Shown piece by piece: positions 28,283 through 38,878 of a stretch of DNA of 64,000 nucleotides (positions within the stretch are counted from its first letter, which is position 1; each line of letters starts with the position of its first letter). The notes beneath the pieces are model-generated. The model saw only the letters and a program-made list of their open reading frames with translations. It had not been told where the DNA came from and searched no databases. The translations under genes and the position numbers were made by a program. Source of the DNA: a candidate division WOR-1 bacterium RIFOXYB2_FULL_46_45. Lineage in GTDB: Bacteria > Margulisbacteria > WOR-1 > XYC2-FULL-46-14. The stretch spans positions 21,062 to 85,061 of the forward strand of contig MEUE01000001.1 in NCBI GenBank assembly GCA_001771585.1. The letters run 5' to 3'.

Positions 28283-29872
28283 ATGTTATATCTTTGCATC
28301 CTCGACGGATTCGGAATAGGGAAAGATAAAAAGTCTGACGCAATCCAGGCGGCGATTGCCGACGGCAAGGCACCGTTCTTTAAAGAGCTCTTTGAAAAAC
28401 ATCCTTACGCAAAATTGGAATGTTCGGGTGAAGCGGTCGGTCTCCCTCCCGGAACAATGGGAAACTCGGAAGTAAACCATTTGAATATGGGAGCCGGCCG
28501 GGTCGTTTACCAGTCGCTCCTCCGCGTCAACAAAGCAATTGAAGACGGAAGCTTCTATAATAATGAAGCCCTGCTGAAGGCGGTCAACAATTGCAAGCAA
28601 AATAATTCAACCCTGCATCTGATGGGGGTTTTGCAGGGAGGCGGCGGTTGTGTCCACGGGAACATTGAACATCTTTTTGGCTTGCTGGAATTGGTAAAAA
28701 GAAATAATTTGGAAAAAGTCGTTCTCCATCTTTTTACCGACGGACGTGACACCAACCCCAATGCGGCGGGAAACGAATATATTCCCCAACTATTAAAAAA
28801 GAGCAAAGCTCAAATTGGGACCGTGATGGGGAGGACCTACGCAATGGATCGCGACCAAAATTGGCCTTCGGTCATCAAAGCGCTCAAGGCGCTGGTCAAC
28901 GGTATCGGAGTTAGAAAAGAACCGGATATTGTCTCCGCTATCAAGACGGCCTATGCTTCAAATGAGACAGACGAATTCATCCAGCCGACGGTGATTGGGG
29001 AATATAAAGGGATGGATGAAAAAGATTCGGTCATATTTTGGAATTTCAGGCAGGATCGGGGGATTGAGCTGACCACCTGCTTCCGCGAACAGGACCGGAA
29101 GTTTTTTAACTACAAACCGAAACAGCCGGAGATAGGTGACGATTTATATAATGAAATAGAAAAGATTCAAGCCCGGGTGCGCGGCCTCACTTTTGTGGCG
29201 ATGACCGAATATTATGAAGGGATGAACGCCCTTTCGGCCTTCCCCGAAAAAGAGATCGAGAACACGGTCGGAGAAATTGTTTCTCGCGCCGGGATGAAAC
29301 AACTTCGCCTGGCCGGGCCGGAAAAATTTGTCCATGTTACAGGCTGGTTTTCCGGGCGGCATTCCGAACCCTTTCCCGGGGAAGACCGGATTTTGGCCAA
29401 AGATCCGACTTTGAAAGAACGGACCAACAACGGCAAAAATTACGACTGGGTCCCGGAGATGACCGCCTATATTGAGACCGAGGAATCGCTAAAAGCGATC
29501 AAATCAAAAAAGTATGATCTGATCGTCCACAACTTTCAAAACGGGGATATGGTGGGGCACACCGGGAATTTTGACGCGGCCGAAAAAGCGATCATTGCCT
29601 TATCGTCTTGCGTTGAACATATTTACAAAGCGGTAATGGACGCGGGCGGGGTGATGATTATCACCGCCGACCACGGCAACGCGGATGAAATGGTAATTGA
29701 CGGAACAATCGTCAGTACACAGCATTCAACCAATCCGGTTCCTTGCTGGATCTTAGGCAAAGACGTCAAACTTCAATCAAATGGGATCATTCCCGATATC
29801 GGCACCACAGCGTTAAAACTGCTTAATTTGGAAATACCGAAAGAGATGACGGGAAAAGTTCTCTATTCCTGA
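28283..29872 (+). CDS. gpmI: 2,3-bisphosphoglycerate-independent phosphoglycerate mutase
   Basis: LCILDGFGIG and SEVNHLNMGAGRVVYQ match iPGM (E. coli SEVGHLNLGAGRIVYQ). The protein is 529 aa. Confidence 0.9.
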   Translation: MLYLCILDGFGIGKDKKSDAIQAAIADGKAPFFKELFEKHPYAKLECSGEAVGLPPGTMGNSEVNHLNMGAGRVVYQSLLRVNKAIEDGSFYNNEALLKAVNNCKQNNSTLHLMGVLQGGGGCVHGNIEHLFGLLELVKRNNLEKVVLHLFTDGRDTNPNAAGNEYIPQLLKKSKAQIGTVMGRTYAMDRDQNWPSVIKALKALVNGIGVRKEPDIVSAIKTAYASNETDEFIQPTVIGEYKGMDEKDSVIFWNFRQDRGIELTTCFREQDRKFFNYKPKQPEIGDDLYNEIEKIQARVRGLTFVAMTEYYEGMNALSAFPEKEIENTVGEIVSRAGMKQLRLAGPEKFVHVTGWFSGRHSEPFPGEDRILAKDPTLKERTNNGKNYDWVPEMTAYIETEESLKAIKSKKYDLIVHNFQNGDMVGHTGNFDAAEKAIIALSSCVEHIYKAVMDAGGVMIITADHGNADEMVIDGTIVSTQHSTNPVPCWILGKDVKLQSNGIIPDIGTTALKLLNLEIPKEMTGKVLYS

Positions 29873-30483
29873 CGCGGCATCACGTAACAAGTCGATCTTC
29901 CCTGACCCTGGGTCAACACCAACTTCTTGTCCGACAGCATCGTTAATTCAATATGCGCGGTCTTGTGTGAAATGTTAAACGCTTCTCTGTATTCGCGGTT
30001 GCAGATTGAACCGTGTTCGGCAATCATCTGCATGGCGCGTAGCTGGCGCTTGTTCAACCCGTAGCCCCCCCATGGGTTGGTGATCTGTTTTTCTTCTTCT
30101 TCCCTGGCCGGGCGCGAAACCGCCCCGTCGCGGATATAGGCGATATCGTCGGTGCGGTACGGTTTTTCGTCGCCCTCCGGCACGGTGATGATTACGATCC
30201 GCTTAACCCCATGGTTAAAAATTTCAATGTCGACATGGATCTTGGGTGAACAGCGCTTTAGCAGGATTTCTTTGATGTCATCCTCGAAATCATCACCAAT
30301 CATGGCTCCCAAAAGATGTTTGTTCTTGTCGTCAATTCCGTAAACGATTTTTCCGCCGTCGGCATTGGCAAAAGCGATGATATCGCGGGCAATATCTTCG
30401 GGAGGGGGGACCTGCTTTTCAAACTCCAGCGTCTGCCCTTCGCCCTGGCCTAAAAGGTCCATTATATCCTGCCATGTTGTCAT
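29863..30483 (-). CDS. AlbA_2 (Schlafen-like) domain DNA-binding protein with a C-terminal winged HTH
   Basis: LEFEKQ...DIARDIIAFANADGGKIVYGIDD is AlbA_2-like. The C-terminal HTH reads EYREAFNISHKTAHIELTMLSDKKLV. The start is chosen at MTTWQD; the ORF track extends to 30618. Confidence 0.55.
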   Translation of the reverse strand: MTTWQDIMDLLGQGEGQTLEFEKQVPPPEDIARDIIAFANADGGKIVYGIDDKNKHLLGAMIGDDFEDDIKEILLKRCSPKIHVDIEIFNHGVKRIVIITVPEGDEKPYRTDDIAYIRDGAVSRPAREEEEKQITNPWGGYGLNKRQLRAMQMIAEHGSICNREYREAFNISHKTAHIELTMLSDKKLVLTQGQGRSTCYVMPRQE

Positions 30484-30544
30484 GTGGTGATGATTAAGAT
30501 AACACATCGAGTTTTCAAATGCAAGTATGCTATAATTCACGCAA

Positions 30545-31168
30545 ATGGCGAACCTAACCGAACAAATTCTTGACCTGATCTTCCCTCCCAAGTGCGAGGT
30601 TTGCGGAAGAATTGGCAAGGAAGCGCTTTGCCAAAAATGCGCCGCCGGGATCAGTTTTTTGGCTCCCTCAATCTTCTTTCACGCGGTCGGAGAATATGAA
30701 GGGATTCTAAAGAATGCTATTCTGCGCTTCAAATTTAAAAGAATAAAACGCTTGGCGGAACCGCTCGGTCTTTTGATGGTGCAATACATCAACCATCATT
30801 TATGGAAAGATCATCTTGACATGATAATTCCGGTTCCTTTGCATGAAAAGAGACAGGCGGTGAGGGGCTTTAATCAGGCCGAGTTGCTCGCCCTAAAAAT
30901 AACCGAAGCGTGCCGTATTCCAACCGTCTCCGGACTTCTTTTTAGGAAGAGGGAGACCGCGCCGCAGTTTGATCTCCCGCGACAGAAGAGGATCTCAAAT
31001 ATCCGTGGAGCTTTTGAAGTCCGGGGCGCCAAGCTTTTATATGATAGGAATATTCTTTTGGTGGACGATATTTATACCACCGGAGCCACCGCGGGAGAAT
31101 GCACCAAAACGCTCAAAGCCGCCGGAGCCAAATCGGTCCACATCTTGACGCTTTCAAGAACCGTCTGA
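30545..31168 (+). CDS. comFC: ComF-family protein (double Zn-ribbon plus phosphoribosyltransferase domain)
   Basis: The Zn ribbon reads CEVCGR...CQKCAAG. The PRTase motif is ILLVDDIYTTGAT. Confidence 0.75.
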   Translation: MANLTEQILDLIFPPKCEVCGRIGKEALCQKCAAGISFLAPSIFFHAVGEYEGILKNAILRFKFKRIKRLAEPLGLLMVQYINHHLWKDHLDMIIPVPLHEKRQAVRGFNQAELLALKITEACRIPTVSGLLFRKRETAPQFDLPRQKRISNIRGAFEVRGAKLLYDRNILLVDDIYTTGATAGECTKTLKAAGAKSVHILTLSRTV

Positions 31169-31199
31169 CTTTGCTACAATAAGGAGAGGGAGGAAACTT

Positions 31200-31562
31200 A
31201 TGCAAATAAAAATACAGGGACACGGGATGGAGCTGACTCCGGCGTTGAAGGCCTACGCGGAAAAAAAGATCGGGAAACTGGAAGAGTTTTTTGCCAACAT
31301 CATTAAAGCCGAAGTAACACTTGACGACCGCCATACCAGAAACATAAAAAAACAGCAGGTAGCGGAAGTCAGCATGTGGGTTGCCGGAAAAAAAGTGATC
31401 CGGGCGACTGAGGCGGGAGAAGACATGTACGCCGCGATCGATCTGGTGACTGAAGAATTAAAACAGCAGCTGAAAAAGTTTAAAGACAAGCATGTGAAAA
31501 ACAAAAGACGTGAAGCGGAAGAGATCAAAAGAGAACTTCGCACTTTTCGTCCTTCCCTATGA
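31200..31562 (+). CDS. hpf: Ribosome hibernation promoting factor (short HPF/RaiA)
   Basis: [31 protein letters not shown] is the sigma-54 modulation protein / HPF family. Confidence 0.85.
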   Translation: MQIKIQGHGMELTPALKAYAEKKIGKLEEFFANIIKAEVTLDDRHTRNIKKQQVAEVSMWVAGKKVIRATEAGEDMYAAIDLVTEELKQQLKKFKDKHVKNKRREAEEIKRELRTFRPSL

Positions 31563-33928
31563 TAAAATGGCTTTTTAGTCTTCTGGGGGACAGCGACGAA
31601 AAGAAACTAAAACAGCTGGCTCCGCTGATTTCCCAAATCAACCGGCTTGAGCCGGAGCTAAAAAAACTTTCGGACGATCAACTTCGCTCCAAAACTTTTG
31701 CCTTCAAAGAAGCTCTGAAACAAGAGAAGACTCTTGCCGAGCTTTTGCCCGAAGCGTTCGCGGTTGTGCGCGAGGCCTCCGTCCGCACCATCGGCCTGCG
31801 TCACTTTGACGTCCAGCTTTTGGGCGGAATAACGCTCCATCAGGGAAGAATTTCGGAGATGAAGACCGGCGAAGGAAAAACACTGGTCGCCACGCTTCCG
31901 ATTTATCTAAACGCGCTGGAAGAAAAAGGGGCGCACCTTGTCACCGTCAACGATTACCTGGCCCGCCGCGACGCGGAGTGGATGGGGCCGATCTACCGCT
32001 TTCTTGGGCTTGAAGTCGGCGTAATCCAGCATGATATGGAACCGAGGGAGCGGCGGATCGCCTATGCCGCGGATATCACCTACGGGACCAACAACGAATT
32101 CGGCTTTGATTATCTGCGCGACAATATGGCTTTCACACTCGATACTTGCGTTCAGCGCGGACTGCACTACGCCATTGTTGACGAAGTCGATTCTATTTTA
32201 ATCGACGAAGCGCGCACCCCGCTGATCATTTCGGGAATGGTGGAAGATAAGGTTGACACCTATCTCCAGGCGATGAACCTGGCGCGCCGGCTGGACAAAG
32301 AAGCCGACTTTACAATGGACGAAAAGACCAAAAATGCCATCTTGACCGAAGCGGGCATTAAAAAAACCGAAGAGCTTTTAAACCTCGAATATCTTTTTGA
32401 CGTAAAAAACATGAGCATCGCCCATCAAGTTATCCAGTCGCTCAAGGCGCTCCATCTTTTTAAACGCGATGTCGATTATGTGATCAAAGAAGGGGAAATT
32501 ATAATTGTGGACGAATTTACCGGACGCCTGATGGTCGGGCGGCGCTACAGCGACGGACTGCACCAGGCGATTGAAGCCAAGGAGAGACTAAAAATCCAGG
32601 AAGAATCGCAAACCCTGGCGACGATCACTTTCCAAAATTATTTCCGCCTTTACAAAAAACTCTCCGGCATGACCGGAACCGCCAAGACCGAAGAAGGGGA
32701 GTTCTGGAAGATTTACGGGCTCGAGGTATTGGTGGTCCCGCCGAACCAAAAGATGATCCGCAACGATCTGTCGGATGTGATTTATAAATCGACGAAAGAA
32801 AAGTTCAAGGCGGTGGCGGACGAGATAGAGAACCGGCACAAGACCGGACAGCCGATTTTGGTCGGTACCGTTTCAATCGAGCACTCCGAGCATCTGGCCG
32901 ACATTTTATTCCACCGCGGGGTCCCGCACCAGGTCCTAAACGCCAAACAGCATGAAAAAGAGGCGGAGATCGTAGCACAGGCGGGGCAAAAGGGGCGGGT
33001 TACGATTTCAACCAACATGGCCGGCCGCGGGACCGACATTGTTCTGGGGGAAGGGGTCGTGGATCTTGGAGGACTGCATGTAATAGGGACCGAAAGGCAC
33101 GAATCGCGGAGAATCGACAACCAGCTGCGCGGACGATCGGGGCGCCAGGGCGATCCCGGCTCTTCCCGTTTTTATGTTTCATTGGAAGACGACCTGATGC
33201 GGCTTTTTGGCTCCGACCGGATCGCGGGTATGATGGGGCGGTTGGGGATTGAAGAGAATACGCCGATTGAGCACCCCTGGATTTCCCGCGCGCTTGAAAA
33301 CGCGCAGAAAAAAGTCGAGCAGTACCATTTCAGCATCAGAAAACAGATCCTTGAATTTGACGATGTGATGAACAAACAGCGCGACGCCATTTATTCTTTA
33401 CGCCGGCAGATTTTGGAAGGACGGGACCTCAAGGCGAAAATAGAAGAGATGGCGGCAACGGTCAATCCGGAAGGGGTTGATCAATTCAAATCGCTTTACG
33501 AAAAGAGAGAGGCGGAGATCGGCTCGGTCATCATGCGCGACCTGGAGCGGATTGTGATGCTTAGGGTGATCGATCAGAAGTGGATTGAACAGCTGGATTT
33601 AATGGAGGTTTTGAAGGACGGGATCGGGTTGCGGGGGTACGGCGGAAAAGATCCGCTGGTTGAATATAAGATGGAAGGCTATAATTTATTCCAGGAGATG
33701 ATGGATAATATTCGTGCTGAGGTTTGCGATATGATCCTGAAGGTGAAGGTAACGCATGAGGACGAAGAGTATATTCCCCGTCCAAAGATTACCTCTTACG
33801 GCGCTTCGGATCAGTCTGCTCCCAAACCGGCGCAAAACACAGAGAATAAAGTCGGCAGGAACGATCCGTGTCCCTGCGGAAGCGGGAAGAAGTATAAGAA
33901 ATGCTGCATGAACAAATCGAAAAACTAG
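31559..33928 (+). CDS. secA: Preprotein translocase ATPase SecA
   Basis: The DEAD motor is present ([32 protein letters not shown]) with a C-terminal Zn finger [13 protein letters not shown]. The protein is 789 aa. Confidence 0.96.
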   Translation: MIKWLFSLLGDSDEKKLKQLAPLISQINRLEPELKKLSDDQLRSKTFAFKEALKQEKTLAELLPEAFAVVREASVRTIGLRHFDVQLLGGITLHQGRISEMKTGEGKTLVATLPIYLNALEEKGAHLVTVNDYLARRDAEWMGPIYRFLGLEVGVIQHDMEPRERRIAYAADITYGTNNEFGFDYLRDNMAFTLDTCVQRGLHYAIVDEVDSILIDEARTPLIISGMVEDKVDTYLQAMNLARRLDKEADFTMDEKTKNAILTEAGIKKTEELLNLEYLFDVKNMSIAHQVIQSLKALHLFKRDVDYVIKEGEIIIVDEFTGRLMVGRRYSDGLHQAIEAKERLKIQEESQTLATITFQNYFRLYKKLSGMTGTAKTEEGEFWKIYGLEVLVVPPNQKMIRNDLSDVIYKSTKEKFKAVADEIENRHKTGQPILVGTVSIEHSEHLADILFHRGVPHQVLNAKQHEKEAEIVAQAGQKGRVTISTNMAGRGTDIVLGEGVVDLGGLHVIGTERHESRRIDNQLRGRSGRQGDPGSSRFYVSLEDDLMRLFGSDRIAGMMGRLGIEENTPIEHPWISRALENAQKKVEQYHFSIRKQILEFDDVMNKQRDAIYSLRRQILEGRDLKAKIEEMAATVNPEGVDQFKSLYEKREAEIGSVIMRDLERIVMLRVIDQKWIEQLDLMEVLKDGIGLRGYGGKDPLVEYKMEGYNLFQEMMDNIRAEVCDMILKVKVTHEDEEYIPRPKITSYGASDQSAPKPAQNTENKVGRNDPCPCGSGKKYKKCCMNKSKN

Positions 33929-34875
33929 GGAAGCTTTTAAAAATAGAAGAGAAGCGCAAGAAGGCGGATGAACTGCTCAAGCTCAGCGCCGATCCAGCTT
34001 TCTGGAAAGATTCGGCCCGTGCCGGCCGTGTTATGCAGGAAATTTCGGGATTAGAAAAAGAGATAAAAGAGTGGGAAGGATTGATGGAACGGGCTGATGA
34101 CCCCGCCGTCCTTTCCGATATTAAAAAAATGGAGCTCAAAGCCCTTCTCTCCGGTCCCTACGACCATAACAACGCGATTCTTTCGATCCAGGCGGGAGCG
34201 GGCGGCGCCGACGCGCAGGATTGGGCGCAGATACTGCTTCGCATGTACAGCCGCTGGGGGGAGAGTAAAGAATATTCGGTTGAATTGGTCGACTCTGCTA
34301 TGCTTTTGATCTCCGGACCCTATGCCTACGGCTATCTAAAAAATGAGAGCGGAGTGCATCGCTTGGTCCGAATGTCCCCCTTTAATGCCGACGGGAAGCG
34401 CCACACCTCTTTTGCTGCGGTTGAAGTTATCCCCGACTTGACCGAAGATATAAAAGTGGAGATAAATCCAAATGACTTGCGGGTCGACACCTATCGCGCG
34501 GGGGGGCCGGGGGGACAAAACGTAAACAAAGTCAGCTCCGCCGTCCGCATCACCCATCTTCCGACCGGGATCGTAACCCAAAGCCAGGCTGAACGCTCAC
34601 AGCACCAAAACCGTGACTTTGCCATGAAAATTTTGAAGGCCAAACTTTTTGAAATGATGCAGGCGCAACATAAGGAGAAGATTGAAGAGCTAAAAGGTGA
34701 GCGCAAAAAGATAGAGTGGGGGAGCCAGATCCGCTCCTATGTTTTTGCCCCCTATACCCTGGTAAAAGACCATCGGACCGGCTCTGAAATCGGCAATGTT
34801 CAAAAGGTCATCGACGGCGATATCGACCAATTCATCGAAGCGATGCTAAGGAGGGAAAATGAGAAGCCTAGTTAA
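33901..34875 (+). CDS. prfB: Peptide chain release factor 2 (no programmed +1 frameshift site evident)
   Basis: The SPF tripeptide ([15 protein letters not shown]) is RF2-specific, and GGQ is present ([13 protein letters not shown]). The single ORF begins at an ATG overlapping the secA end. No CTT-TGA shift site was found upstream. Confidence 0.85.
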   Translation: MLHEQIEKLGKLLKIEEKRKKADELLKLSADPAFWKDSARAGRVMQEISGLEKEIKEWEGLMERADDPAVLSDIKKMELKALLSGPYDHNNAILSIQAGAGGADAQDWAQILLRMYSRWGESKEYSVELVDSAMLLISGPYAYGYLKNESGVHRLVRMSPFNADGKRHTSFAAVEVIPDLTEDIKVEINPNDLRVDTYRAGGPGGQNVNKVSSAVRITHLPTGIVTQSQAERSQHQNRDFAMKILKAKLFEMMQAQHKEKIEELKGERKKIEWGSQIRSYVFAPYTLVKDHRTGSEIGNVQKVIDGDIDQFIEAMLRRENEKPS

Positions 34876-36670
34876 AATTCTTTTGGTGGTCTTGCTCACC
34901 GCGGCGGTCCTTTTGGGCGCTTATTTCGCCTATCTTAGGGTTATGGTTGAAAACCAAAACAAAACGGTGGAAATAGCGGTTGACTATGCCGAACTCGACC
35001 GGGCTGGGATTCCTTTGTCCGAATTGCGCAACCTGGGAATTCCGTCAATCGCGGTCCTTGAAGAGACGCCGCTGGCCGGAACGTTAAACGGCGACTTTTA
35101 TTTCTCGTCGGGAAACGGGATCCTATCCGCCGCCAAGATGGTCCCTCCGGAAATCGAAAAATATCGTTCAAAAAAGATGATCCTGAAAGACCGCTGTTAT
35201 ATTTTGGCCGAAAATCCGGTAGTCCGAAAAAGGATCGCCAACAATCTTTTGGCGGCGGTAACAAATAAGGAATTAAAGTTTTTAGGGGGCAATGTTATAG
35301 AGATCAACCGAAGGGAAAGTGAAGTCAAAAATCTTGGCATCGGCTTTTCGGAAAAGACAATTAAAAAGCTCTCCCAGTTCCATGTCATCCCCCGCCTCAT
35401 GAACCGCCCCGGGGACAATATAGAAAAAAAGATCAAACTTCTTGCCGGATTTGATACCATTATTTTTGAGGGGGAAGAGGTGGTCGGTTTTCCCGGTAGG
35501 ATAAAAGAGACCGCGCAGTCGCTCACAAAAAGCAACCTAACTTACGGCTATATTGAAATCATCAATCAGCTGGGCTCCGATCAACTCAAAAAACTGGTTG
35601 GAAAGAAAATCGTCAAAGTCCATTCGATCGGCCAGGATGAGATGCGGAAAGTAAATCAGGAGAAGGCGGTTGAACGGTTTACCCGTGCGGTGAAAGAGCG
35701 CAATGTCCGACTCCTTTATGTCCGCCCGTACCTTACGGGAGATAATTTAACCTATCTTTCGACTCTCAAAACTAATATTGAAAAGGCCGGCTTTATGATC
35801 GGGCGGGCGTCATCCCCGCAAGATATTATTTTACAAAATTGGCAGTTGATGGTTTTGGGGCTGGGGGTTGTGGCGGCGACAATTATCCTGCTGGATACTT
35901 TTTTTAAACTTAATGCTGTTTTAATGCTGTTGTTATTACTCTTGGGAACTTTTATTGCCAATCCGCAAATACTGGCGCTTCTCGCGGCGGTTGTCTTCCC
36001 GTCGCTCTCTATGATCAACGCTTTTAAGCGCTCCGCGCCAAAACCGGTGATGACGGTTTTGAATGTTGTCTCCGAAACAACTATGGGAATTATGATTTTG
36101 ATCGGCCTTTTGAGCGGTTTTAACTTTATGGTCGGCATCGATACTTTTATGGGGGTAAAACTGGCGTTGGTCATTCCAATCGCGATTGTTGGCTTCTATT
36201 TTATCGTAAGGGGTGAAGATAATTGGGTAAGTTACCAAAAAATAAAAGAGCGGATACTATTTTATCTTAATTCCTCTGTTCCGTTTTCTTTTATCATCCT
36301 TGCTATTGTACTGTTCGGAGCGGCTTATCTTCTTTTGGCGCGCAGCGGCAATTTTATCCTCCCGGTTTCGGGGATCGAAACGGCGGCGCGCGGCTGGCTC
36401 GAAAATATCCTGGTGGTCCGCCCGCGGTTTAAGGAGTTCGCAATCGGCTATCCGGCCCTGTTTATCGCCGCGGCCTTATTCAATTCCAATCGCAAAAGCT
36501 GGCTCTGGCTTCTTTTACCGATCGCGACAATCGCTCCGACCTCTTTGCTCAACAGCTTTTCCCACATCCACACGCCGCTTGTGGTATCCCTCATCCGATC
36601 GTTAAACGGGCTATGGATCGGAGTTGGAATCGGTTTCATAATAAGTTTATTTATAAAAAAGCAAGCATGA
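34859..36670 (+). CDS. Integral membrane protein (N-terminal TM, ~330-aa extracytoplasmic domain, C-terminal polytopic region), possibly DUF5693-like and associated with csaB
   Basis: The N-terminus is hydrophobic (LLVVLLTAAVLLGAYFAY) and the C-terminal 270 aa hold multiple TM segments. The gene is translationally coupled (ATGA) to csaB. Confidence 0.5.
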   Translation: MRSLVKILLVVLLTAAVLLGAYFAYLRVMVENQNKTVEIAVDYAELDRAGIPLSELRNLGIPSIAVLEETPLAGTLNGDFYFSSGNGILSAAKMVPPEIEKYRSKKMILKDRCYILAENPVVRKRIANNLLAAVTNKELKFLGGNVIEINRRESEVKNLGIGFSEKTIKKLSQFHVIPRLMNRPGDNIEKKIKLLAGFDTIIFEGEEVVGFPGRIKETAQSLTKSNLTYGYIEIINQLGSDQLKKLVGKKIVKVHSIGQDEMRKVNQEKAVERFTRAVKERNVRLLYVRPYLTGDNLTYLSTLKTNIEKAGFMIGRASSPQDIILQNWQLMVLGLGVVAATIILLDTFFKLNAVLMLLLLLLGTFIANPQILALLAAVVFPSLSMINAFKRSAPKPVMTVLNVVSETTMGIMILIGLLSGFNFMVGIDTFMGVKLALVIPIAIVGFYFIVRGEDNWVSYQKIKERILFYLNSSVPFSFIILAIVLFGAAYLLLARSGNFILPVSGIETAARGWLENILVVRPRFKEFAIGYPALFIAAALFNSNRKSWLWLLLPIATIAPTSLLNSFSHIHTPLVVSLIRSLNGLWIGVGIGFIISLFIKKQA

Positions 36671-37602
36671 AACTTCTTCTCTCCGGCTACTATGGGTTTG
36701 GAAACACGGGGGACGAAGCGATTCTTCAGGCGATCAAGCTTGGCTTCAAAGATTTTCAAGTCTCAACCTCTTTGTCCGATCTTTTTTCCTGCGACGCCTT
36801 CATCTCCGGCGGCGGCAGTCTTTTTCAGGACAAGACCAGCTATCGAAGCTTCTGGTATTATCTCGGTCTTTTGGCGCTGGCCCAGTTTTTAAGAAAAAAG
36901 ACCGTCGTCTTTGCGCAGGGAATCGGACCAATCAGGTCAAAAGTAAACCTCTTTTTCCTTAAAATGGTTTTTAGTCGCTGTAACCTGATAACTTTAAGAG
37001 ATAAAGATTCTTACGACTTGGTTAAATCTTTTAATTTAAAGAAACCGAGAGTTGAATTGACCGCAGATTTGGCATTTATCCTTCCCATTCGTGAAAAAAA
37101 ACAAAAAACGGGGAAGACAATTGGAATATCAATTCGCACTTGCGACGGAAGCGATAAATTATTTCCTAAAATTGCCGAAACCGCCGACCTTTTGGCCGAT
37201 AAATACCATGCCGAAATTGCCTTTCTCCCTTTCCAGCCGTCGGTTGACGAATCCCCCTGCCTTGAAATTATGAAGAAGATGAAACATCCGGCCAGGATTA
37301 TCGCTCCGGAAAAGATCAATCAACTCTCTTTTCTAATTGGAATGCGCCTGCACGCTTTGATCTTCGCGGTTGCCAACCAGGTTCCATCATACGGGATTTC
37401 GTATGATCCAAAGGTTGAAAGTTTTATGAAAGATACCGGTCTCCCTTATTCCGATGTTTTCGATTTTAAGGCCGAAGACCTCTTCCAAAAATTTGACCAA
37501 AAGATCGATTTGGGTTATATTAGGAACCAAATGAAGAGTAGAAGCGAGAAAAACTTCACGCTGGTCAAAACATTGTTGAAGGAGGAATCATGGAAGTCTT
37601 AG
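36667..37602 (+). CDS. csaB: Polysaccharide pyruvyl transferase CsaB
   Basis: MKLLLSGYYGFGNTGDEAILQA is the PF04230 pyruvyl-transferase N-terminal signature. Confidence 0.8.
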   Translation: MKLLLSGYYGFGNTGDEAILQAIKLGFKDFQVSTSLSDLFSCDAFISGGGSLFQDKTSYRSFWYYLGLLALAQFLRKKTVVFAQGIGPIRSKVNLFFLKMVFSRCNLITLRDKDSYDLVKSFNLKKPRVELTADLAFILPIREKKQKTGKTIGISIRTCDGSDKLFPKIAETADLLADKYHAEIAFLPFQPSVDESPCLEIMKKMKHPARIIAPEKINQLSFLIGMRLHALIFAVANQVPSYGISYDPKVESFMKDTGLPYSDVFDFKAEDLFQKFDQKIDLGYIRNQMKSRSEKNFTLVKTLLKEESWKS

Positions 37603-38180
37603 TCGCGTTTATCCAATTGTTTGTCATCACCGACCCGCTGGGGAACCTGCCGGTTTTTCACGCCGTTACCCAAGGCAAAAATCTGCATGAACGCCAAAAA
37701 ATTTACCTGGCGGCGGGAGTTTTTGCTTCAATAATCCTTTTGATTTTTGCCCTCTTAGGAGTTTATATTCTTGGTCTTTTGGGAATCAGCCTATCCGACT
37801 TCCGGATTGCGGGAGGATTGCTCCTGCTTATTATCTCGATTATGATTTTGGTTAAAGGATCGTGGATGGGAGAACCAAAGCCGGACGGAAAAAGTATGGG
37901 GGCGGTTCCACTGGGCTGTCCGCTTTTAGCCGGTCCCGGAGCGATCACCACCACTATGATCCTGATCGAAACTTATGGTTACGCAATAACTCTTCCCGCC
38001 ATCCTCATTAACTTTGGCATCAGCTTATTAATCCTCTTCCGCGGAGAAACAATCCTGGGCTTTATCGGTGAGACCGGAGCGGAAATTGTCGCCCGCATCA
38101 TGGCGATCTTCCTGGCCGCCATCGGAGTGCATAATATCATCGTCGGGATATCGCAAACCTTTTTGATCACGATACATTGA
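37590..38180 (+). CDS. marC: MarC-family (UPF0056) integral membrane protein
   Basis: ITDPLGNLPVF matches the MarC DPIGNIPIF motif. The 196-aa product is polytopic. Confidence 0.75.
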   Translation: MEVLVAFIQLFVITDPLGNLPVFHAVTQGKNLHERQKIYLAAGVFASIILLIFALLGVYILGLLGISLSDFRIAGGLLLLIISIMILVKGSWMGEPKPDGKSMGAVPLGCPLLAGPGAITTTMILIETYGYAITLPAILINFGISLLILFRGETILGFIGETGAEIVARIMAIFLAAIGVHNIIVGISQTFLITIH

Positions 38181-38878
38181 TGACTGTTGATTTTGCCGGG
38201 ATCAAAGTTGATAATGTAACCCTGGCCAAAGCGATAAAAAAACTGGAAGAATTTGTCGCCGCCGGAACACCGCATCTGATTGTAACCCCCAATCCGGAGA
38301 TGATCGTTGGCTCCCAGGATGACGCAATGCTAAAACAAATCTTAAACAACGCTGATTTGCGCCTGCCGGACGGGATTTCGATGGTGGTTGTCTCAAGAAT
38401 TCTTGGAAAACCGCTCAAAGAACGGGTTTCAGGAATTGATTTCCTGCTGGAAGCGACAAAAGACAAAAAGTATAAGATCTTCCTTTTGGGAAGCGCGGAA
38501 GATGTGGTCAAAAAGGCGGCCGAAAAGCTCGGTGCGGCCGGATATCACCACGGCTACTTCAAGGAAGATCAGGCGGTGATTTCGGAAATAAAAAAGGTTC
38601 GGCCGGATATTTTGTTTGCCGGATTGGGCGGTGGACGGCAGGAGAAGTGGCTGGCTAAATATCTAAAAGAATTAAATGTGCCGGTTTGCATGGGGGTAGG
38701 AGGAAGCCTTGATGTTGTTTCGGGGATTAAAAAACGCGCTCCGGTCTGGATACAAAAATTATATATCGAATGGCTCTACCGCCTGATAATGGAACCGTGG
38801 AGATGGAAAAGGCAACTGGCTCTGCCGAAATTTTTGTGGTATAGTTTTACAAGATGGAAGAGACGCTCCAAGATATAG
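38177..38878 (+). CDS. tagA: WecB/TagA/CpsF-family glycosyltransferase (N-acetylmannosaminyltransferase-like)
   Basis: LIVTPNPEMIV, PDGISMVVVSRILGK and IFLLGSAEDVV match the TagA family. Confidence 0.8.
   Translation: MMTVDFAGIKVDNVTLAKAIKKLEEFVAAGTPHLIVTPNPEMIVGSQDDAMLKQILNNADLRLPDGISMVVVSRILGKPLKERVSGIDFLLEATKDKKYKIFLLGSAEDVVKKAAEKLGAAGYHHGYFKEDQAVISEIKKVRPDILFAGLGGGRQEKWLAKYLKELNVPVCMGVGGSLDVVSGIKKRAPVWIQKLYIEWLYRLIMEPWRWKRQLALPKFLWYSFTRWKRRSKI

Noticed and set aside
33880-33980. Search for the RF2 programmed +1 frameshift site (CUU UGA C) near the prfB start
   Set aside because: All three frames were inspected around 33900-33980. No short upstream ORF terminates with UGA in the required context. 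The single long ORF already contains the whole RF2 sequence.
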